From an uncultured bacterium (GTDB lineage: Bacteria; Bacteroidota; Rhodothermia; Rhodothermales; DASSAV01), in NCBI GenBank assembly GCA_966250015.1, contig CBINFS010000001.1, positions 231,309-295,308 on the forward strand: 64,000 bases of DNA, written 5' to 3'. Both the position numbers and the translations under genes were made by a program. The first letter of the stretch is position 1. Every line of letters begins with the position of its first letter. The notes below the pieces were generated by a model. That model saw only the letters and a program-made list of their open reading frames with translations, did no database searches and was not told where the DNA came from. Below, piece after piece: positions 31,358 through 41,416 of the stretch.

Positions 31358-32644
31358 TTACTTCACGGTGACGCCGTCGGACGTATCGGCGCTTTTAGAG
31401 ACGGCCGCAACCAGCTCGTCTTCGGAAGATTCTGATTTTTTCAGCATACCGGCCACGTCGATGCCGGTGGTAGCTTTGAGGCTTTCGAGCAAGGCCGGAG
31501 CGGCTCCGGCGATCTGGTGGAACACGGCGGGGATGCCGCCGCCCCCGGTCTGGCCGCTGTCGACAACCGTCAGGCGGTCGATTTTGAGGTTGTCGACTGC
31601 TTTGATAGTTTCCCTCATGATGTCGGGAAGCATCTGGATGAGGAAAAGCTTTTCTGCTTCAGGGCCTGCCTGTTTCCACAGCTCCAGCTTACGTTTCAAG
31701 ACCTCGACTTCGGCCTGACCGTCTTCAAGGATACGCGCAGCGTTACCTTTTGCGATTTCCTCTTTCGCCTTTCTTTCCGCTTCTGCCGCAATCACGACCT
31801 TGGCATGTTGCCGTTTTTCGGCAAGGGCGATTTCCTCGAGGGCGAGCTCCTGTTCGGCACGCGCCTGGGCGACACGGGCGGAAACGCTGACCTTGGCTTC
31901 TTCAGCTTCAGCCTTTGCGGCCAGCTGGGCCTTTACGATGCGCACGTCGTTTTCGGCCTCGGCGATGGCCTTATCGGCTCTGGCTTTTGCCACACGCGCG
32001 GCTTCCTCCTTTTCAGCCTCGACCACCTGTGCGGCAGAAAGTATGTGGGCCGTACGCTGGCGCCCGATTGCATTCAGGTAGCCTCGCTCATCCTCGACAC
32101 TCTGAATCTTCAGCACGTCGAGCTGTAGGCCCAGCGCACTCAGGTCGTTATCCGCTTCTTCGACGAGCTCTTTGGCAAACTTGAGACGGTCCTCGTTGAC
32201 TTCTTCCGGGGTCAATAGCGCCAGCACACCGCGCAGGTTACCTTCGAGGGTTTCCTTCGCGATCATCTGGATTTCGTCGCGCGTTTTCCCCAACAAGCGC
32301 TCGACTGCGTTGTTCAGCTCCGTCTCGTTCGAAGAAATCTTGACGTTGGCTATGGCGCGTACCGTGAGGGGGATTCCGCCTTTTGAATAGGCATTTTGCA
32401 CGGTCAGGTCCAGAGGGATGGTCGTCAGATTGAGCCGATCAACCTTCTCGATGATCGGAATGCGGAACCCGCGCCCTCCCCGGATTACGCGATAGCCGAC
32501 GCCCGTCCCGTCACCGAGCTGGCGGCGCCGGCCGCTGAATATCAGCACTTCGTTCGGCTGGCAGATCTTGAGGTTGGCACGAATGATTCCGAAAACCGTC
32601 AAAAAGCCCAGGATCAGAACGGCGGCAATGATAATCGGGGTCAT
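31358..32644 (-). CDS. Flotillin-like SPFH/band-7 protein
   Basis: N-terminal TM helix, an SPFH domain and a long Ala/Glu-rich coiled coil. Confidence 0.85.
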   Translation of the reverse strand: MTPIIIAAVLILGFLTVFGIIRANLKICQPNEVLIFSGRRRQLGDGTGVGYRVIRGGRGFRIPIIEKVDRLNLTTIPLDLTVQNAYSKGGIPLTVRAIANVKISSNETELNNAVERLLGKTRDEIQMIAKETLEGNLRGVLALLTPEEVNEDRLKFAKELVEEADNDLSALGLQLDVLKIQSVEDERGYLNAIGRQRTAHILSAAQVVEAEKEEAARVAKARADKAIAEAENDVRIVKAQLAAKAEAEEAKVSVSARVAQARAEQELALEEIALAEKRQHAKVVIAAEAERKAKEEIAKGNAARILEDGQAEVEVLKRKLELWKQAGPEAEKLFLIQMLPDIMRETIKAVDNLKIDRLTVVDSGQTGGGGIPAVFHQIAGAAPALLESLKATTGIDVAGMLKKSESSEDELVAAVSKSADTSDGVTVK

Positions 32645-32694
32645 AGTGTATCACCCTATATTGGAGGCAAAAATGAAAACGAGAATATGCCTGC

Positions 32695-33276
32695 TCAAGC
32701 CGGCTTGACGACCTCAGCAATGCCCTGCTTCATTCGAATGACGACCACCTCGTCACCCGGTTTGAACGTTTCGTCTGCAACGTCTCCAAATGGTCGTGCC
32801 ATCAACTGAAGGCGCTGGCCTTTGGCTTCCAGCCTGATCTTTCCTTTTTCAGAGCCGGCAAACGGTATGACCACGACGCCGGTTTTTCCCTTCAGGTCAT
32901 CCACGGCCACGTCGCTCGATACGTGCTCGTACCCGACGCGGTGGATGACGTAGTTGCCCCCGAGCCCTACCACGAGGCCAGTCAGTACGGAGGCTACAGG
33001 AGTAAAAATGGCGCCCGCGTCGATCCAGGACAGTAGCAGGCCGGTCATCCCAAAAAAGGCCAGAAAGAGGAACAGCGCGCGGATGCTGAGGAGATCGACC
33101 AGTCCGGGGCCGGCGTCCGGCGCATGGCCTGAAAGGTCATGGTCGGTGTCCGTGTCGGCTTGCGCCTCGAAATGGCCATCCGTGTCTGCGTCGGCTTCCG
33201 TGTCCCCACCGCCAAAGAGCGACAGGAGTACGAAGAAGCCTCCGACCAGCAAGCTGATTAAATAGATGGCATCCAT
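32695..33276 (-). CDS. NfeD-like membrane protein (flotillin partner)
   Basis: TM helices plus a C-terminal OB-fold-like beta domain (GKTGVVVIPF...GDEVVVIRMKQGIAEV). It lies upstream of flotillin on the same strand. Confidence 0.7.
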   Translation of the reverse strand: MDAIYLISLLVGGFFVLLSLFGGGDTEADADTDGHFEAQADTDTDHDLSGHAPDAGPGLVDLLSIRALFLFLAFFGMTGLLLSWIDAGAIFTPVASVLTGLVVGLGGNYVIHRVGYEHVSSDVAVDDLKGKTGVVVIPFAGSEKGKIRLEAKGQRLQLMARPFGDVADETFKPGDEVVVIRMKQGIAEVVKPA

Positions 33277-33361
33277 ACGTCACGCAGAAGGATTTGATAG
33301 ACGCTACGTATGAATAATAAACCGGGTTACGTTGTCGATCAACCAAGTTGAGGTTCACACG

Positions 33362-33405
33362 AAAAAAGGGGGCGGCCCGGTACCCTGGAGCCGCCCCCTC
33401 TTTTT
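33362..33405. terminator. Terminator downstream of glnK
   Basis: AGGGGGCGGC-loop-GCCGCCCCCT flanked by A and T runs. Confidence 0.8.
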
Positions 33406-33423
33406 GGTTTATGTCTTCCTGCA

Positions 33424-33774
33424 CTAGAGGACCGGTGTTACGGCAGCCGTGTCCTCCTCTCCCGTTCTTATGCGATACACCTTCTCGACAGGCAATACGA
33501 AGATTTTCCCGTCACCAACTTCGCCCGTGCGAGCGGCGGCCAAGATGGCCTGCACCGTTGGCTCCACGAAGTGGTCCGATACGCCGATGTCGAGCTGGAC
33601 CTTTTCTTTGAACTCCATCTTGACGGTGGTTCCGCGGTACGTCTCGACGGCTTCCATTTCGCCGCCGTGACCCTGCACGCGCGACACGGTCAGGCCTCGG
33701 ACCTCGGACAAAAAGAGTGACTTCAGGACGTCATTCAGGCTTTCCGGCCTTATGATGGCTTTGATCAGTTTCAT
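33424..33774 (-). CDS. glnK: Nitrogen regulatory protein P-II
   Basis: A 116-aa P-II protein with the uridylylatable T-loop RYRG. It sits immediately downstream of amtB. Confidence 0.92.
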   Translation of the reverse strand: MKLIKAIIRPESLNDVLKSLFLSEVRGLTVSRVQGHGGEMEAVETYRGTTVKMEFKEKVQLDIGVSDHFVEPTVQAILAAARTGEVGDGKIFVLPVEKVYRIRTGEEDTAAVTPVL

Positions 33775-33799
33775 GTTTATCCTTTAACCATTTTGGGGT

Positions 33800-35185
33800 T
33801 TATGCAGATGCAGCCTTCACGCCCGACATCACCGGGGCGGATACAACTTTCGCGGGTTTCGGCGCGACCTCTCGGTCGAGCAACAGGATGGCGCCTTCGC
33901 CGTGCGTGTACGCCTCCTCCCCGTGGTTGACGATGTCCATACCCAGACCTTCCGCTTTCTTGTCGGCGCGGACTGCCACTACAAGGCTGAGGCCCTTCAG
34001 GATACCGTACGTCAGGACGCCGCTGTAGGCGAACACGGCAACGATCGAGATGAGCTGGACGACGAGCTGCCAGGGGTTGCCAAACAGCAGACCGTCAGCG
34101 GAGCCGTTCCATGCCGCGTCGGCAAAAATCCCGGTCAGGATGGCGCCCGTTATGCCGCCGAGTCCATGAGCGGCAAAGACGTCGAGCGAATCGTCGAACC
34201 TGGTTTTCGACCGCCACAGGATCATGAAGTAGCTGGGGAAGGCAGCGATCGTGCCGATGAGGATGGCGGAAAGTGGCGAGACGAACCCCGCTGCCGGCGT
34301 AATCGCAACCAGTCCTATCACGATGGCGGTAGCCACACCGACAGCCGTGATGTGCTTCGTACGGAAGTGATCCAGTACGATCCAGGCGACCAGCGTCGCA
34401 GCCGGTGCAAGGATGGTGTTGATGAAGGCGAGGGTAGCCGTGCCGTTCGCGGCAAGCGCACTCCCACCGTTAAACCCGAACCACCCGAACCAGAGCAATC
34501 CCGCGCCAAGCAGCACGAAGGGTACGTTGTGGGGCAACAACGCCTGGCGGCCGTAGTCTTTTCTCGTGCCCAGGAAAAGGGCCGCCACGACCGCCGCCGC
34601 TCCGGCGTTGATGTGAACGACGGCGCCGCCGGCGAAGTCGAGCGCGCCGAGCTCCGCCAGCCATCCACCGCCCCATACCCAGTGCGCGACAGGAGCGTAC
34701 ACGAGCAGAATCCAGAGAACTATGAACGCCAGGTACGCACTGAAACGCATACGTTCGACGATGGCGCCGGAAATGAGCGCCACGGTGATGATGGCGAACG
34801 TACCCTGGAAGCCCATGAAAAGCAGGTGCGGGATCGAGCCGAAGGGTTCCAGGCCGACGTTATTCAGCAGGGCCATCGAAAAACCACCGCTCAACAACGT
34901 CCCCTCGCTGAAAGCCAGGGAGTAGCCGATCAGCGCCCACAAAACACCCGTCACGCCGAGCGAGGCAAAGCTCATCATCATCGTGTTGAGAGCACTCTTC
35001 GATCGTACGAGCCCCCCGTAGAAAAAGGCCAGGGCAGGCGTCATGAGCAAGACGAGCGCAGTCGATACGAGTAGCCACGAGGTGTCTGCTCCAGAAATCG
35101 CCGTCTCCGGCACGGCATCCTGCGCAAATACGACGTTCGATCCGGTGAGAGCAAATAGAAGTGTCAGTATGATTCTACGTTTCAT
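33800..35185 (-). CDS. amtB: Ammonium transporter
   Basis: A 461-aa Amt/MEP family protein with about 11 TM helices and a signal peptide. Confidence 0.95.
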   Translation of the reverse strand: MKRRIILTLLFALTGSNVVFAQDAVPETAISGADTSWLLVSTALVLLMTPALAFFYGGLVRSKSALNTMMMSFASLGVTGVLWALIGYSLAFSEGTLLSGGFSMALLNNVGLEPFGSIPHLLFMGFQGTFAIITVALISGAIVERMRFSAYLAFIVLWILLVYAPVAHWVWGGGWLAELGALDFAGGAVVHINAGAAAVVAALFLGTRKDYGRQALLPHNVPFVLLGAGLLWFGWFGFNGGSALAANGTATLAFINTILAPAATLVAWIVLDHFRTKHITAVGVATAIVIGLVAITPAAGFVSPLSAILIGTIAAFPSYFMILWRSKTRFDDSLDVFAAHGLGGITGAILTGIFADAAWNGSADGLLFGNPWQLVVQLISIVAVFAYSGVLTYGILKGLSLVVAVRADKKAEGLGMDIVNHGEEAYTHGEGAILLLDREVAPKPAKVVSAPVMSGVKAASA

Positions 35186-35242
35186 GGTTCAGGAGAATTG
35201 ATATGATTGATTACAAAAGTCGGGAGAGCAGCCGGGTGTGAG

Positions 35243-35965
35243 TCAGAACGAGATCCCGATGCCACCCCAGAACACGGTGCCATTGTGGCCGAACGCACGA
35301 GCCTGGGCCTCGTAGACGTCGTCCAGGGCGATCTGAAAGCCGATGAGCGGGCTGATCTCGAGAAACCCCGTTGAAAAGCTCGTTCCCACGGTCAGGCCGA
35401 GCGAGCTGAGCGCCGTACGGTCCTCGAAAAGGAAATTGCTGTCCAGGCCAAGACTGGCGCCGAGCGTAAAGGCCTGCCCTCCTATCGTGACGTCCTCTCC
35501 AATGGCGGCCTGAGCATACAGGCCGTCCATCGTATCGAAGTCGTAGGCTGCGAATAAGCTTGGCTGGAGCGGAATCCCTGAGAAACCAACCGATGCGAAA
35601 ACCTCCTGTGTGGGAAGGAACTCGAGCTCCCCGTCGGTAGGTGTCGGAAACGTATAGAACGTGTATCCGGCGCCAATCGAGACGTCGTCCATCTCGATGG
35701 CGTAAGCCGCGGTCAGGTCAGCTTCGTTGAAGCGGGCTACCTCTCCGGCATCCGGATCGAGGTTGCCGAAGAAGGACAACGAAAAGCTCTGATACGACGC
35801 TGTAACCGTCGGCTGGAAAACAAAACCGGTAGAGAGTACCTGGCCGCGCCAGACGTAAGGACTACCATAGAAGATGGAAGTGCTGAGCTGTACCTGCGCA
35901 AACGCAGAAGAATACAAACCGGACAAGCACAGGCCGAGCAGAAGTAGAAGGACGTGCTTTTTCAT
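35243..35965 (-). CDS. Small outer-membrane beta-barrel protein (porin-like) upstream of amtB
   Basis: Signal peptide MKKHVLLLLLGLCLSGLYSSAFAQ, alternating beta pattern, and a C-terminal Phe. Confidence 0.6.
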   Translation of the reverse strand: MKKHVLLLLLGLCLSGLYSSAFAQVQLSTSIFYGSPYVWRGQVLSTGFVFQPTVTASYQSFSLSFFGNLDPDAGEVARFNEADLTAAYAIEMDDVSIGAGYTFYTFPTPTDGELEFLPTQEVFASVGFSGIPLQPSLFAAYDFDTMDGLYAQAAIGEDVTIGGQAFTLGASLGLDSNFLFEDRTALSSLGLTVGTSFSTGFLEISPLIGFQIALDDVYEAQARAFGHNGTVFWGGIGISF

Positions 35966-36272
35966 CTGGATAAGGTCTGACTGGTGAGTGGAATACGGCC
36001 GTCGCATAATATTTTTGCGCTGATTGCCTATTGTACTTAAAATTATTTAGTACTAACGCAACGGCGCTAAAATAAATTATCAACTCCCCGGTGTCAAGAC
36101 CTATTTTAGGCATTTCAGATTGGTAGCCTAAAAATATTAGAATAGATGTGAAAAATGGCTAATAATGTTGGAGGTGGAGCACGTTTTACCCCAAGAACGT
36201 GCTTCCGTTACGCTGAGGCTGTCCCGGAAAGCGAAAACATCCCGGTTTAGTAAAGAGAGGTGATCGATCAGG

Positions 36273-37400
36273 CTATCGGCACGGTTGATCGATCTCTGCC
36301 GGGCCCTGGCTACGTAAAAAGTGCAGAAGTGGGCTCTCAGTCTCGTCCAGGCCAGGGGTTGGTGCCTGCTTTTCGCAATCGCGCCACAATTGGAGGAAGG
36401 TGCCGTTTTCGTATGCGGACACCAGCGCCGGATGGATGTAGTACTGACGGCAAACCGTGGTGGTATTTCCGAGCTCGGCAGAAACCCGTTTGACCATCGC
36501 GACGAGGTTTCTTTTCAGGTCTTTTTCTGAGTCCGGAAGCCCGATCTCGCATAAGAAACGGGCCGCTCGCACCGTGCCGCCCCAGGTGCGGAAATCCTTA
36601 GCCGTCAGGTCTCTGCCCGTCGTTTCTTTTATGTAGGCATTTACGTCGGATGACCCGATCGTGCGTCGCGTCCCGTCGCTTTCATAATACTGGAACAGCT
36701 CGTACCCCGGGACGTCGCGGCAGCTTCGTACGATCCGGGCAAGCCTTTCGTCGTCGAGCTGGATCGTGTGCTTTTTCCCGCTTTTGCCCTTGAACGAAAA
36801 GGTGCAGGATTCGCCCGTGATCTGAACGTGCTTGTCCCTGAGCGTCGTAAGCCCGTACGATTGATTCTCTTTCGCGTAGGCGTCATTTCCGATCCGGATG
36901 AGGGTGCGGTCGAGGAGGGTCAGCACGGTGGCGAGTACCTTGTCGCGGGAGAGGCCTTTCAGGCGAAGGTCGTGTTCAGCTCGTGCCCGAAGCTGCGGCA
37001 GGGCCTCACCGAAGGAGACCATGCGGTTGAATTTGGTCTCGTTTCGGACGCGCTCCCATTCGGGGTGGTAGATGTACTGCTTGCGGCCTTTTTCGTCCCG
37101 GCCCGTCACCTGAAGGTGCCCTTCCGGGTCCTCGCAGATCCACACGTCGGTCCAGGCTGCCGGGATGACCAGCTCCGCGACACGCGCCCGCAGGGATGGG
37201 TCTCTGACGCGATTGCCCTCCGGGTCGAGGAGGACAAACCCTCGACCGTGCCGCCTGCGTCTGAACCCCGGCTCTTCGTCTGATACGTACCGCAGACCGG
37301 CGAGGCGTGCCGAAAACTCCGGGTGAGCGGCCGAACCGATTCCCGCCTGTCCGTCTCCCTCAGGACTCATCCTGTACTTTTCAAAAGTGGCGTTCGACAT
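36273..37400 (-). CDS. DNA topoisomerase IB (poxvirus/eukaryote-like, bacterial TopIB)
   Basis: Typical bacterial TopIB sequence (YIYHPEWERVRNE, KDFRTWGGT, RQYYIHPALV). The start MSNATFEKY overlaps the upstream SDR stop as ATGA. Confidence 0.8.
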   Translation of the reverse strand: MSNATFEKYRMSPEGDGQAGIGSAAHPEFSARLAGLRYVSDEEPGFRRRRHGRGFVLLDPEGNRVRDPSLRARVAELVIPAAWTDVWICEDPEGHLQVTGRDEKGRKQYIYHPEWERVRNETKFNRMVSFGEALPQLRARAEHDLRLKGLSRDKVLATVLTLLDRTLIRIGNDAYAKENQSYGLTTLRDKHVQITGESCTFSFKGKSGKKHTIQLDDERLARIVRSCRDVPGYELFQYYESDGTRRTIGSSDVNAYIKETTGRDLTAKDFRTWGGTVRAARFLCEIGLPDSEKDLKRNLVAMVKRVSAELGNTTTVCRQYYIHPALVSAYENGTFLQLWRDCEKQAPTPGLDETESPLLHFLRSQGPAEIDQPCR

Positions 37401-38263
37401 CAACCCCCCACCATTCTTCCGCCGTTCGGGTGCAGCGTCTGGCCGGTGATGTACGAGGCGTCTTCCGAGGCCAGGAATACGTAGCATGGTGCAACTTCCT
37501 CAGGCTGCCCCGGCCTGCCCATCGGCGTGTTTTTCCCGAATGCTTCGACCTTCTCCGGCGGAAACGACGCCGGAATGAGCGGTGTCCAGATGGGTCCCGG
37601 CGCAACGGCGTTGACCCGGATGTTTTTGTCGGCGAGGTTCTGGGAGAGTGCCCGGGTGAATGCCAGGATGGCTCCCTTCGTCGACGAATAGTCGATCAGG
37701 GTTTCGTTTCCCTGGAACGCAGTGACCGAGGTGGTATTGATGATCGAGCTGCCCTCCTTCATGTGCTCGAGAGCAGCCTGGGTCAAAAAGAACATTGAGT
37801 AGACGTTCGTCCGGAACGTCTTTTCGAGCTGCTCTTCGGAGATGCCTTCCAGCTCTTCCTGGACGTATTGTACGGCCGCATTGTTGACCAGTACATCCAG
37901 CCTGCCGAACTCGTCGACAACCTGCTGGACGAATTGCCGGCAGAACGACCGGTTTCCGACGTCGCCCGGAACGAGCAGGCAGCGGCCCCCCTCTTCCTCC
38001 ACCATTTTCCGGGTTTCAGCGGCGTCCTCGTGTTCGTTCAGGTACCCGATGGCCACATCGGCCCCTTCGCGTGCGAAAAGCACGGCAACCGAGCGGCCGA
38101 TGCCGCTGTCCCCACCCGTGATGATGGCGACCTTATCCTTCAGCTTTCCCGAGCCGCGGTAGTACGGCGCCTCCGATTGCGGCTTCGGCGTCATTTCGCC
38201 TTCAAATCCGGGTTGCTGTTCCTGTTGCTGTGGTGGTAGCTGTTCCGGTCGTTCCGTTGGCAT
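37400..38263 (-). CDS. SDR family oxidoreductase (YghA-like general stress type)
   Basis: TGGDSGIGR Rossmann motif, NNAA, and a YxxxK catalytic region. Confidence 0.88.
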   Translation of the reverse strand: MPTERPEQLPPQQQEQQPGFEGEMTPKPQSEAPYYRGSGKLKDKVAIITGGDSGIGRSVAVLFAREGADVAIGYLNEHEDAAETRKMVEEEGGRCLLVPGDVGNRSFCRQFVQQVVDEFGRLDVLVNNAAVQYVQEELEGISEEQLEKTFRTNVYSMFFLTQAALEHMKEGSSIINTTSVTAFQGNETLIDYSSTKGAILAFTRALSQNLADKNIRVNAVAPGPIWTPLIPASFPPEKVEAFGKNTPMGRPGQPEEVAPCYVFLASEDASYITGQTLHPNGGRMVGG

Positions 38264-38420
38264 GGTCTTTCGAGCCTATTTTATTGATAATGAACCTTTT
38301 GCGGTCCCGTATTAATCCCGGCTCTTCCAACGCGTTTCGCCCGGTTACGCAATCATTACGGCTGGAGCGGTGGTATTTAAAGTTCGTCGTATTCCAGTAG
38401 GGTCGAGCAGTGATACCATG

Positions 38421-38463
38421 GCTGCATAAACGAAGAAAGGCACCCTGGGGGAGGGTGCCTTTC
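38421..38463 (-). terminator. Terminator after rpoD
   Basis: GAAAGGCACCC-loop-GGGTGCCTTTC, followed by a T-rich tract on the minus strand. Confidence 0.75.
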
Positions 38464-38492
38464 AAATAAGCTTACTTGTACAATGCCGGCGT

Positions 38493-39332
38493 TTAGCCGA
38501 TGTGCATCTGGAGCTCTTCGCGGCGGTGTTTCTGCCGCAGCTTGCGGAGTGCTTTCTCCTTGATCTGGCGAACACGTTCGCGTGTCAGGCCGAACCGTTG
38601 GCCGATCTCTTCGAGCGTCAGCGGATGCTCACGGCCGATGCCGAAGTACAGGCGCGTGATCTCGGCCTCTCTTGGATGCAGCATGCTGAGTGCACGCTCG
38701 ATGTCGATCTTGAGCGACTCGTCGAGCAGCATCTCGTCGGGCGAGGTGTCCTCGTCGTCGGGAAGCACGTCGAGCAGGCTATTGTCGTCGTCGTCGTTGA
38801 ACGGGGCGTCCATCGAGAGATGCCGTCCCGTGTGCTGCATGGCTTCACGAACCTTTTCGACGTCGATGTCGAGCTCTTTGGCGAGCTCTTCGATGTTCGG
38901 TGCGCGCTCGTGCGATTGGGCCAGCTTGGCGCTGGTTTTCCGGATCTTCGAGATGGTACCGATCCGATTGAGCGGCAGACGGACCACCCTGCTCTGTTCG
39001 GCGAGAGCCTGCAGGATGGCCTGACGAATCCACCAGACGGCATAGGAGATGAACTTGAAGCCGCGCGTTTCGTCGAAGCGTTGCGCCGCCTTAATCAGCC
39101 CGTAGTTTCCTTCATTGATCAGGTCAGCCAGGCTAAGGCCTTGCCCCTGGTACTTTTTGGCTACTGATACCACGAAGCGAAGGTTGGCACGCGTCAATCG
39201 GTGGAGGGAATCCTGGTCGCCCTGCTTGATACGACGCGCCAGCTCGACTTCCTCGTCTGGCGTCAATAGCGGGATCTGGCCGATCTCTTGCAGATACTGA
39301 TCCAGCATCCGCTGCTGGCGTGGGACATACAT
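38493..39332 (-). CDS. rpoD: RNA polymerase sigma-70 factor (short primary sigma as in Bacteroidota-like lineages)
   Basis: Regions 2-4 are present ([18 protein letters not shown], region 4 [24 protein letters not shown]). It is 279 aa. Confidence 0.85.
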   Translation of the reverse strand: MYVPRQQRMLDQYLQEIGQIPLLTPDEEVELARRIKQGDQDSLHRLTRANLRFVVSVAKKYQGQGLSLADLINEGNYGLIKAAQRFDETRGFKFISYAVWWIRQAILQALAEQSRVVRLPLNRIGTISKIRKTSAKLAQSHERAPNIEELAKELDIDVEKVREAMQHTGRHLSMDAPFNDDDDNSLLDVLPDDEDTSPDEMLLDESLKIDIERALSMLHPREAEITRLYFGIGREHPLTLEEIGQRFGLTRERVRQIKEKALRKLRQKHRREELQMHIG

Positions 39333-39519
39333 AGGCCTATCAGCGATTTTATTGTAGCAGTTTTTCCGTATGAACAGGAGTGGTAACGTTCACTGATTGG
39401 GGTGCACGATCAACTGATCAGATGATTAACCCTTTTGGTCGTTCGGCTGTGTCCCCCACGCATGAGAGACGTCCGAAGTTCCAATTCATTTGATAATTCA
39501 AGGATCTTTATCCACGGAA

Positions 39520-41070
39520 TTATCTATCGTTTCCGACCAAAGCCAAAACTCCGTCCGCTACATTACGTTCCTCGCTTAAACGCGGTACTTTCGTCTGGCC
39601 GCTCAGTTTTCCGCGTGTATTCTTTATCCAGCGGTAGAATGTTCCCTCCGGGAGGACGACGATTTCGGGCATTTCAAACGCGCGAGCCTCCCGGCGGATC
39701 TGATAGTGCCGGTTAACCTTTTGGAGGTGATCGTCTACCGCCTGTGCAAACTGCTGGAGATCGGCCGGGGGGTTCTCAAACTCGATAAGCCACTGGTGAG
39801 CCGGCATACGGTCCGGCTCAAAAGCACGCGGCGCCACGTGGAAATTGAGGACCTGAGCCCCGGTAACCTCGCACGCGTGGAGGATGGCAGCCCTGGCCTC
39901 CTCGCTGAATACCGCCTCGCCGTATTTGTCGATCATTTCGCTCGTCCGGCCCGCTACGATGATTTTGTGCGGGGACGTGCTCGTAAACCGGATGACGTCG
40001 CGCACGGCATACGACCAGAGCCCGCTGCACGTCGTGACGTACATGGCGTACCGGACGTCCGGTTCGACGTCCCGGATCGTGTATCGCCTGGCGCCTTCAC
40101 GGTTCAATTCGTCCATCCGCACGAACTCGAAGAAGACGCCGTTGTCCAGGTGCAGGAGCAGCGAGGGGTCGTCGAGGTCGGACTGGAAGGCAAAAAATCC
40201 TTCCGACGCCCCGTACGTTTCGACGTAGTGAAGGTCCGGCTTTCCGATCAGGGAGTCCAGCAGTGATCGGTAAGAGCTCAGGGCAACCCCGCCCGACATG
40301 AATACCTGCAGGTTAGGCCACACCTCACCGACTGTGCTGACGTTCCGGTTGTTAAGCATGTTGTAGCGCTCGATGAGCAGCTTGAAAAACACCATCGCCC
40401 AGGAGGGCACCATGACGATCAACCGGATGTCCATGCCGATTGTCCGCTCGACGATGGCTTCAAGCTTGCGTTCCCAATGTGGCAGGAACGCAATTTCGTT
40501 GGGTACGGCCTGATAGAGGCCTTGGAAGAAGGAAGGCGCGTGCTCGGCCTGAAGGCCGCTGACCTCGCCGACCATAATCTCGCCGTACGACGTGTCCTTC
40601 TCGATTCTTCCGGGTAAGGTCAGGTGTTTTCCGAAGAGAAAGGACGGATTACCCGACGCTGCCAGATAGTTCAGCCCGACGCCGATGCTGAACGCATTGT
40701 TTTCGGCGAGCATGTCGGTACTCACTGGGATTAGCTTCCCGGACGAAGCAGTGCCGCTGGATACGGCGAAATGGGCGAATTTTCCCGGCCAGAAGACGTC
40801 CGCAGCGCCCCGGCGCACCCGGTCGATGTCCGTGCGGAAGTGTTCGTAATCGTGCAGCGGAACGCGCTCCTGATAGGCCGATATGACGTCCTCCTGTCGT
40901 GCAAGCTCTTCAAAACCGAATCGCCGCCCCCATTCCGTGCCCGCACTACGCCTGAGCAGACGGCGTAGCAATTCGGCCTGTGTGCGAACGGGATGGGTGA
41001 CAAACCGCCTTATTTTGCGGTAAGGGCCAAAAGGGGCGAGCCGAACGACCTGGCTCAGGAGTTCACACAT
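39520..41070 (-). CDS. GH3 family acyl-acid amido synthetase-like protein
   Basis: A 516-aa adenylate-forming fold with GH3-family motifs (SSGTASSGKLIPV...). Confidence 0.75.
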   Translation of the reverse strand: MCELLSQVVRLAPFGPYRKIRRFVTHPVRTQAELLRRLLRRSAGTEWGRRFGFEELARQEDVISAYQERVPLHDYEHFRTDIDRVRRGAADVFWPGKFAHFAVSSGTASSGKLIPVSTDMLAENNAFSIGVGLNYLAASGNPSFLFGKHLTLPGRIEKDTSYGEIMVGEVSGLQAEHAPSFFQGLYQAVPNEIAFLPHWERKLEAIVERTIGMDIRLIVMVPSWAMVFFKLLIERYNMLNNRNVSTVGEVWPNLQVFMSGGVALSSYRSLLDSLIGKPDLHYVETYGASEGFFAFQSDLDDPSLLLHLDNGVFFEFVRMDELNREGARRYTIRDVEPDVRYAMYVTTCSGLWSYAVRDVIRFTSTSPHKIIVAGRTSEMIDKYGEAVFSEEARAAILHACEVTGAQVLNFHVAPRAFEPDRMPAHQWLIEFENPPADLQQFAQAVDDHLQKVNRHYQIRREARAFEMPEIVVLPEGTFYRWIKNTRGKLSGQTKVPRLSEERNVADGVLALVGNDR

Positions 41071-41416
41071 CTGTCCCGAACACCGAACTGATAGGGTGAC
41101 TGACGTAAAGACGCCGTATATGGGGTATCCCGACTACGGTAGAAAAACCAATAAACGCGAAAATGTAACGCAACGCCGTTCACCTGAGCGACTCCCAAAG
41201 GTTCCTTTCACGTTTTTTCGCACTGCCGGTATTTCGCTACGATTTCCCGCCTAGCCGGTAGAGTACTGCCTTTCGATGGGACGCAAACGCCCTACCATAT
41301 CACGTGTACCTGTCACCCACTCGGACACGTAAAACTACCAACGTGCCGTTTACTTCCTCTGCACGCCATTATTAGCCGTTTGGCGTGGACGCCTTAGAAA
41401 GGCGGGACCGGACGTG

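Noticed and set aside
33902-35074. 390-aa ORF antisense to amtB
   Set aside because: Extremely Arg/Asp/Glu-rich with no TM helices. amtB on the other strand is unambiguous.
36033-36053. NtcA-binding site upstream of the amt operon
   Set aside because: The palindrome is GTA-N15-TAC rather than the GTA-N8-TAC consensus. It is kept only as an unspecified candidate operator.
38493-39332. Possibility that the 279-aa sigma factor is RpoS or an alternative sigma rather than the primary sigma
   Set aside because: Bacteroidota-like lineages have a short primary sigma (~285 aa) lacking region 1.1, and regions 2-4 are fully conserved here. Without a genome-wide sigma inventory it remains rpoD-like with some uncertainty.
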